A DNA stretch of 64,000 nucleotides from Catajapyx aquilonaris. Lineage: Eukaryota. Shown here piece after piece: positions 55,141-64,000 of the stretch (positions are counted from its first letter, which is position 1; every line of letters starts with the position of its first letter). The position numbers and the translations under genes were made by a program. The stretch is from contig KZ538006.1 of the NCBI GenBank assembly GCA_000934665.2, forward strand, positions 310,001 to 374,000, written 5' to 3'. The notes under the pieces are model-generated. The model made no database searches and was not told the DNA's origin. It saw nothing but the letters and a program-made list of their open reading frames with translations.

Positions 55141-57366
55141 TCAGGATTTGTGGCTCTGTCGGTGGGTCTTGAGACACTGGACGGTGCAGAACCGGAAATC
55201 ATTGTACTCGAATGGGACTTTTCCAGTGATGTCAACACCACACTGGAAGCACCTTGCCAAAACTGGAGCTGAGACGCCCGAGTCGTTCAGCTGCTTCAAA
55301 AAGCGGCTCTCTGCTGCCACAGCCCTCTTGAAAATTAAAATGGTGTACAATTAATAACATTGTAGTGCATTTTAACATAGTTGTTCACCTCACCTTTTCC
55401 CTATCACTGAGTGTCAAAAACCTCTTCTTATCCGCATCCTCCTTCTTCCTGTCCTTCTCTCTGTCCTTTTTGGCTTTTCGTTGTTCCTTCCTGCGTTCCG
55501 CTCTGTGCTCCTCCATCTCCTTGGTAATACCTTGTGGAACCTGACCCTTTTCGTAATCAAACTTGTCTGGATTGCGGCCTCGAAAGCGCCGGAAGGAATC
55601 ACGAGTCTCCCTGTCTGCAGAGAGGCAGTAGGGTGGGCGCCCTCGCTTATCAGGAATGGTCGGATCAGCACCTAATTCCATTAGTGCCCTGCGAACAAAC
55701 ATGTTAATTTATCTCGATGTTTGCACTGCTGCTATGAAATGTATACTAACATGATAACTTCAGGATGTCCACTCTTGGCAGCTACGTGTAGCATGGTTAA
55801 ACTGCTCTCTCCAAAAGTTTCGTTCAATATAGGATAATGCGGACTGCTCTCGGCTCCATCCAGTTGATCAGTCTGGAGCGATAGTGCTATAGCCATGTTC
55901 TCGTTTAGAAGGTTCACATCTCCCACCCTGCACGCTGTGTAAAGCTTGTTTCTTAGCTCGGCCCTTTCTTTCCATTCGCCTGGATTTTCCTTGTCACTGC
56001 TTGATTTTTTCCGCCTTCTCCGCACTGGGCTGGCTTTTCCAAAATCGACTTGGAATTCTTCCAAGGATGTTACGAGGTCCAGCTCGACTTCTACACTCTC
56101 CAGGGTGACATCGTCATCACCATTTTCAATTGCAGGTGCCTCTTCAGCCAAAGCGGTCACATAGTCCGGAAGCTGCCTCGAAGGCGACGATCGGGCTTTG
56201 GAACGATTCTTTTTCTGCGCTTCACTACGCTGGCGACTCTTTTTCTCAGGCTTCACATCGTGTTGACGCAATGGACGGTGTGGTGACTGTGGATACATGG
56301 CAGCGAAATCCTCACTGTTCCCATACACCTCAACCATCGAGAGCAACTTGTAGACTCTCTGTATTTCACTGTATGTGGCACGCTTTGTTGGAAATGGCAG
56401 CGTTCGTATGCGAGGATCCTGTTTGTTAAGCGGAGGATTCTTCCCACCAAAAAGAGCTGACCTGTTGTACCCAACGGCCCGCACAAATATCAAATCACAC
56501 TTGGCAATGTGTGCGGACCAAGCCTCAAGGATCTCCTGCACGTGCTGTGTAAGAGCAGCCTCATTGTAACGTCGTAGTGAGGCACCAGCCGATTTGGGGT
56601 GACTGGTGCCACTCTTGCCATCCCGTGCACCTTGGGAGCCGCCCTGTTTCGCACGTACAGTGTACGAATGGAATGTCTTGTGCACCAGTACATCAGCACC
56701 ACAAAACACAGCCGCCGCAAAATGACCTCCGCCCATCATAACTAAGGCCCACTGTTGATTGGTCTGGGCAACATCACAAGCCAGTTTGGAGAAATCAGCA
56801 TCATCCGGCCCATTCTTGCCAAGCAGTATGCATCTGTAGAGCGACAGGATCTCTCCAGCCTCGTTCTGGAAGAACACTTTTGCATGCCTACGACGAATCG
56901 GTGTCGGCGGTGGCGTGGCCTCCTCCTCGGACTCACTCTCGGACCCAGATATGCTGGACACCCCATCCGCTATCTGATCAAAAGTGGCCTCAGTCACTGG
57001 CGGCTCACCCATCATTCGTCTCTTCAGGTTATATCTGTTGGAAGAACATTTTTTAGTAAATTAAAGAAAATAGCTTCAGATAGTAACTAACCGATGCCAA
57101 TCCAGCTTGTAATGTCCCCGCTGGTCTTCCCTCCCATCGAACGCGATCCCACACAGGGAGCAAAACATAGTCGTCGACGCCGCATCCGGTACATTCATAA
57201 CCGCATCTTCTTCTTCCGTCCGATTCTGTTGGGACTGCAGCTGCATACACTCCGCAACCTGCAGACCACCAAACAGCCGTCCAATTTCATTCCGTGAGGA
57301 CAAACACACAATCCTGTAGTTCGGTGCAGATGTCTCGGAACCAACAGAATTTTCTCCACCTTCCAT
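55141..57366 (-). CDS. ANKZF1: ANKZF1/Vms1 (C2H2 Zn finger, VLRF1 peptidyl-tRNA release domain, ankyrin repeats, C-terminal Zn finger), 4 exons
   Basis: FCSLCGIAFDGREDQRGHYKLDWHR; GGGHFAAAVF, HKTFHSYTVRAKQGGSQ, SAGASLRRYNE; ankyrin TMLHVAAKSGH / GADPTIPDKRGRPPY; CFQCGVDITGKVPFEYNDFRFCTVQCLKTHR. Confidence 0.94.
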
Positions 57367-58039
57367 CGTATTGAGGCGTACTGCGGAAAGTAATTGTACA
57401 TTACATGAGCATGGTAATAATTACCTACAGTGTATTACTTGTAATTACATCTTGTAATTAGTAACCATACGTAGTGTATTACCCGGTATTACCTGTAAAA
57501 TATGTTCCAATAGCACACAATCTGATGGTGTAACACTATCTGCCCTTATTACCCACCAATCTACAGTAAATTTTAGCCTAAATTAATGTGTAAAAGTAGA
57601 ATAAAAAAATTTTGCAAAACTTTTTTTTCCCCAAGATTTGAGACCACACTGGGGAAATTTTGACAAGTGAAGGTGGCCTTGCGCAACTGTGACGTCACAC
57701 CAATTTGGCGCTCGCTTCGAAAAAACCAGTTTCTTTTTTTTTTTTGGCTAACAAGTTTATGCCAAATGGCACCTGCCTTCAAATATATATAAAAAAAGGG
57801 AGTTGCCAAATTCATACGGATTAACCTTGGACTTAATTAGGTTGATTATGATGCCGGAGATGCTCATTATCGCTATTTGAAAGTGTCTGGTAATGAACGA
57901 TAGGTGGCAGGAATGGGTATTTTTGAGTGCACGTTTGAGTGAGACCTTTTTTTCTCTTTTTTTTTAAAGGAGATATTACAGTATAGCTGGGTGTTTGGTT
58001 GAATGAGTTAAATCGTGTAGGGTATGGGTTTCAACCAAA

Positions 58040-58113
58040 GGCGCCGTGGCTTAGTTGGTTAAAGCGCCTGTCTAGTAAACAGGAGATCGAGGGTTCGAAT
58101 CCCTCCGGGGCCT
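58040..58113 (+). tRNA. tRNA-Thr (AGT)
   Basis: Identical 74-nt copy followed by a T-run terminator. Confidence 0.97.
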
Positions 58114-61100
58114 CTTTTTTTGGCTTCGTTTCAAATATATTTGAGCAAATACATATAAATTTATACCCTTTTGTGTAATTTAAAAACAAAGAAGAAAGAA
58201 TCGCCATCAAGGATGCATCCATTCGTGTCTATCCTAGTCATCTAATGATAGTCACGCGTAAAATGTAGCATGAAAATTCTCAGTTGATTACAGTCATAGG
58301 CGTAGATTTGATGTTTTCTGGAAAAGGTCCATGAAATTGGCCTCAGTGAAGGATAAATCAAGGGCATCGTGTGAATCACTGGCGGATTGGAAGACAGAGA
58401 AAGATAGAGAAGAAAAAAATCGCTCCTGCAAAATCAATCAGTCAAGGCAAACGTCGAAGGTCAATTTGCATAGCATCAAGATGGGCAGCAACAGTTGTTT
58501 TCACGCGAAATTGCCAATCATATGGCATGATTTGTAATTAACTATTTGCTCTGATTATATGGTATAGTAATGTATAATCAAAACATGAGCTGGGTGGTAA
58601 ACAATCTTTGATCAAACATATAAACTGGTTTTAGAGTATATAGTTACATGTGAGTTGGACTGTTCCACATGCCCTTTTGACAGTGAAAATTTACAGAAAG
58701 AGTTATTGGAAGTTTGACCTTGTTATATAAGGAACAGTTATTTCCAATATCATAGTCCACTGCTCGTTATTGATGGAATGACATTTTGCTTTTGAAAGAG
58801 AGCAGCATTATTCACAGAGGGCGCACCGACGATCTATATAGTCTTATCAGTGCCCTATTATTTGATGCGAAAATTGTAGTAAACTGACAAAAGTGATTCT
58901 TAAAAGTTTATAAACGAGTTAGTCTATTGATTCGTTGAAAAAGAACTGTATGCCTTGGGAGAAAATGTAGCTATCCTGGAATGCGGCGTCATTGTTGGCG
59001 TTTTCATATTTTTGGCTAATTCCAGCCCGTGATTCCAATAAGGGAAAAATGCTTAAGTATGGTGGCCGGATATACGTGATTGTGCTCTAAGCAAACGACA
59101 TAGATTTTCTGGGTATTGTCCTAGTTCGAAATAAATATACTGGACGCTGACGAAGCAGCTGCAGTCATGCGCAAATGTTGAATTGTGTATAGGGTACTGT
59201 ACAAATGTGACACCGTAATTGTTACCGTGAGATATATTCACTGACGTAAGGGAAGTGTACGTGTTGCAACTATCATTTGTCATTGCCATTGTAATTACTT
59301 ATTTCAGGAAGCATCAGTGTTTATTCTCACAAAATTCTCATCATCTATGTAGCTATTTGCCCAGTAGAAAATTATCGTCTAATTACAACTGTATTCCTGG
59401 TGACATTTTATTCAAAATCCAGCTTAACATCAATATATTGAATTTTGTCCTTACATGCAGTATTGAAAGATTTATTCAAAACTTGACTTACTTGTAAGTT
59501 TGGCAGATTTTCCTCCGACAGTCTAGACATCCTTTCCGATTTAAAACTAGGTCAAAGCTGTTTACAGTCCACATTATTGTCCCTACCCTAATTTCATCCC
59601 GCTCCAAAAGGTTCAATGTCAACTCTTGCCACGCAATATATTTTTATTACTGAGCACCTATATGTTGTACACAGCCTGCATCAGAACAAGTGAATGGACT
59701 ATTCCCTCCTACTGCCAACATTGTGCTGCATTATGCATATCCTCGAACTGGCATTCCTGCTGCTGCTATAGTTCAATCAACAATATAAGCGATCGAGGCC
59801 TCTAGCTACATCTGGTGCTGTGCCCCTGTTGTCATCCCAGAACAGTGTGTCCCAATCGAGCAGTATGGTGATTGTGGTCTGGTCGCATGCAGAAGGACAA
59901 CGAGCCGCAGACGACTTGCAAAATACTCGTGCATTTCACTCACTGCAAAAGGTGATATTGGACTGCCTGCTGCTGCTGCTGCATGCAAGGCACACTTTCT
60001 CCTATTCTCACCACCAATCCACTTGCGCCGTCTCACACTTCTAAAAATTAAGTTACATAAAAAACTGACGGAGCACAAACACAATACTGGTGCAGTAGTC
60101 TTGATGAACACTGTTGGCTTGGGACAGGTAGGCAGTATAGGCACGTGCTTTAGTGTTAAGCCTGTCACATCGATATAGTTTTGATAATAATCACCTCGTG
60201 TTATACCGTGCACGTGGACTTTTGGACGTAACATTTATGACAGAACGACGGGTTCATTTGAATACTTAAGTCAGGAAGCACATGCGTCAATTACAACTTT
60301 ATAGTTATTTTCAGTATGTAGTGAGATATACCGAGTTGGTACCAAGGTCAATTACAGTGTTGATGGGAGGGATTAATATTATTTAAGTCCGGCACGAGAA
60401 ACATTGCACAATTTTGTTACTTAAAATATTTTTCTGGAGGATGAGTGAGCAATTAGCTGTGTGTTTCTGCGCGTGTGAGTGAAATATAAGGATGTTTTTG
60501 AAAGCGGAAGTGGCCATGAAAAAGTGTATAGACTTCGTGACGAGCTTGAGAGACAAGACATGTGTGAAGTTTTTCGGAATGCGAAGTGCGGGCAATCAAC
60601 TAAAATAAGACGTAAGCAAGGCCATCAGTCTAGTGCACTTGTAGGGATCCAAACAACTGAATCCTCAATAATAATGGTAAGCAACATTTTTAGGTCTAAA
60701 CTGATGTGTTGGTGTCATTTATTGGGCAACTATTGCTTTAAATGTCGGTTATATCATACCACACAGGAGCTTAGTTTTATTGTAATATCAGTTTAAAGAA
60801 CCACCTGAATGATTTATTAAGCGTATACAGTTGTAGTCCATGGTCTAGTCCATGGTTATGCGCTATCAAAAGCGTCTCTATATAGACATAGTGTGTGTTT
60901 ATAACTATTGAATAAGTTGAAGGACAACAAACGAGATGTCTGTCAATTACAACAAACAACACCTGCTCTAGCCGGAAAACCATCCACGATGCACCTGGAT
61001 TTTCAGATTCCGGGAACGATGTCAGCACAATGGGTAAATAATAATTCGATGCATAGGCGGCATTGATGGAGATATTGCAGGCATGCACACAGATGACGTT

Positions 61101-64000
61101 CATTAACTGTAATTATTGTAAGGTAATGTGCACAAGAGAAACAACCCACACGAGAAAAATGTGCCCGAAAATAATGCTCCACAAAGCAAATTGGTGCTGT
61201 CCATTTCATTCAAAGGCCATGATTAATTATAGGTAGCCACACTGTGGGTACTGACCATAAATTGACGTTAACTCATCGTCACTTTTCCTCTAATAAGCAC
61301 CAATAAAAATTCACGTGTTGTCACTAAGCTGTCACATATGTAAACATTTCCTGCTCCACACGTAAAGTCAACATTACTGCCAAGTGTGATAACGCTTATT
61401 GTCACCCTTGAAAGACCCATTGGAAACACGAAAAGTGAAATCTGAATGGGTGGGTACCCATAAGCAGAGAAAGGAAGACCTCAAACCGTGACATCCAGTG
61501 AAGTGAGCGTCCGCATGATTGTCATATTAGTTTTGTGGAAGGCAGAGATCTCTGGGAGGAGAATGAGCTAACGTTGCTCACATTCTGCACTTAGGTGCTG
61601 CTGGCTTGAATTGCGTCGAGGCCAGCATATAATATAACTCTGGGCAGACAGACATCAGTCTCTCTTTTGATTCAGGATGATGTGTCATCTGATGTTCTGC
61701 CTGCTGCTATACCAGGATTTCGGATACCATTATATGGGCCAAGGGCGACTTCGATTCTTTTAAGTCACGTGGACCACTCACAGTCATACAATATTTCCTA
61801 CAGATACTGAATCGGTAAGTTGCACTTAGCTGGGTGAATTATTTATGACTTAGGTATAGGAGCATATCCGCTTATAGTGCAATTATTGTCTCGTTGAATT
61901 AATTCGCTTTGAGATAATTTATTGGCGGCATGTATACAATCTGATGAATATGAATTGCTCATTGCTGCAAACAATTCAAGGTTATTATTGTTGCTTTTGT
62001 CAAACTTATTGCCAGAGTGAACAATTCATAACTCTGGAACTTACCATAATTATGATACATTGTGTACAAATTGCATTTTTATAACAATGGTAATGCAGCC
62101 ATAAAAATTGCTGTAAGTGTTTAATTCACACCGCCCATTTATTTTCTAACAGGCTTATGAGCTTCTTAATAATTGAACAACAATTAATAAAATACTTCTT
62201 GAGACTCTTGCTTGAAAAAAAATGTAAGTAGGTTTGTTACCAGGAGATTAAAATACATTACACTTGCCATATATAATGCAGTGTTCTTTATGCGAGAGAT
62301 GGTTGCAATTTCGAAACGTGGACTACGTGTTCGAGTGGGAAACTATTAATTAATTCAGTTGTGAAATGAGGTCAAGAGATACAATAGCTTTACACGGTGC
62401 CCGTACATCAAGATTACATGGTGACGTATTTTATTCATGACGGTGTGGGCGAAAAACTAAAGCTCGACATGTCCACAAATTGTCTGATTTTGTGATTAAC
62501 GTCACTCACAGATATCAACCGATCAGAACGTCATTCAAGGCAATAAATCTGATATATTTAGCTGCATACTAAGCGTATTGTCACGTATCAAAAGACAGTA
62601 TATGTAATACTCGCGTCGAAATGATATGTGCAAGTTATCGCGTGCCTATTCCGGATATGCAGCGTACTCCATGTCCTTTCTCACATGTCATCAGGCAACA
62701 ACCACTTCTATTCAAAACAATCTTCATGCCTTATCCCCGCTATCTGCCGTTATGAACACTGACCTTTGGAAGATATTATTATTATTCAGTACCATCAGTC
62801 AGGTGATCGTGTTAGGATAGGTTATTGTCACATGGTTGCAACACTTTCCTTAATACTTTTAACCTTATTGCAAATACGCAATGGAAAGGTATAGTTGTCT
62901 TCTTTAGATCAGATATCGAATGCGACTGACCTGACTGGCTTGAACTGTAGTCGTCATGCCACGAAAATGATATACTTACTAGTTAAGTGATTTTTGCACG
63001 TCATGTATGCTATAAGTATGAACTTTTGATAAAATAGAGATCGACGCCTGTCTTCAGTCTTATCTGGTTGTTTCTGTCCAACGGAAGTTGGCACCCCGTA
63101 CACAGAGATAATGACATGCTATACGATCAACTTTGATATGGCCACCTTGTCATTACAGCTCCCTTTTCTCGTTTCTTATTAAAGGGGAACGTAACCAATT
63201 TTGATCAAGGCCCAACATTTGTATGAAATTTTTATGCCTCAATGTTCATGTGACGGGCGCCCCTTTTCATATATACGCAGTAGTCTACCCTGCTGGAAAT
63301 GATCATTTTGTGTGACCTCCAACTTCTATGCTATCAAAATTGTGCTTAAAAATTTACGTGCGGTATTGACTTTCAAATGTTACTATATGCTATGTCGACT
63401 TTGTGTTCGTAACTGGCCAGAATATATTCAGTAATTATACTGCCGTAAATGGCTATACATATACAAGGTTTGTGTAATAAAATTTGGTGCCTGTTGTATT
63501 AATAATAATCCATATACCTAATTGGGATTTCCAATATTTTTTTTATTAATGACAGGTGTGCCTGTACTGGTGGATGATAATGAGCACTTGTAGTGACCAA
63601 AGGTAAAGATAATAGAGAAAGCAGAGGGTGTACGATTATGTTATCTGCTAGTGATATAGACAGCATAAGTACTTTTCCCGGTGGTCACGGGAGCATGATT
63701 CTCCTTCAGTCTTGTCCTAACCGGTGAAGGACCAGCTTTGAAATTTTTCTTCGTGACCCGTGTACTTACCCCAGCTTTGCCGCATGAGCGCCGAAGGTGA
63801 GGTGTAATGACTCATCTGGTAATTTCAGGATTTGTCTGGACATAGGACACATACAAAACTGGCAGCTGAAAAGGGGGGTTGACATCAAATCCGTGTCTGT
63901 ATAAGTCAGCAGGAAATTATAGCTCCTGGTATATTAAATGCTGGGTAAGTTGAATTCATATGACGTATGCACACACTGGCAATATGCATTGCAGGGCATT

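Noticed and set aside
58200..63650. Possible additional gene (short ORFs; isolated splice-site-like signals at ~60040, ~61676, ~63555)
   Set aside because: Could not assemble a phase-consistent, recognisable protein; may be intronic or UTR sequence of a gene outside the window

Overview
Eukaryotic, gene-dense arthropod (probably hexapod) genomic DNA with many short (~55-65 bp) spliceosomal introns; the species cannot be identified from sequence alone. Eleven multi-exon protein genes can be assembled by hand: an M13/neprilysin-like gene (partial, -), INTS11/CPSF3L (-), PP6 ankyrin-repeat subunit ANKRD28/44/52-like (+), Cdk5 (-), Bap60/SMARCD (+), a WBP1-like PPxY membrane protein (-), CNOT9/Rcd-1 (+), SMYD4-like (-), the TNF receptor grindelwald (-), a C1orf50/DUF2452 homolog (+) and ANKZF1/Vms1 (-). 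Most are arranged as divergent or convergent pairs. There are four identical tRNA-Thr(AGT) genes, three of them intronic. Mobile DNA includes a 2.8-kb Academ-like element rearranged into a ~1-kb-stem foldback, a Harbinger/Tourist-like MITE, a non-autonomous Helitron, and several perfect ~70-bp palindromes, one of which coincides with an apparent stop in the neprilysin stalk exon. I see no clear novel multi-gene system. The best leads are the foldback Academ-like element, the recurrent perfect palindromes, the 19-bp tail-to-tail gene junction and a 17-bp motif shared between promoters. Exon boundaries are read by eye, and family assignments come from motif recognition, not database searches.
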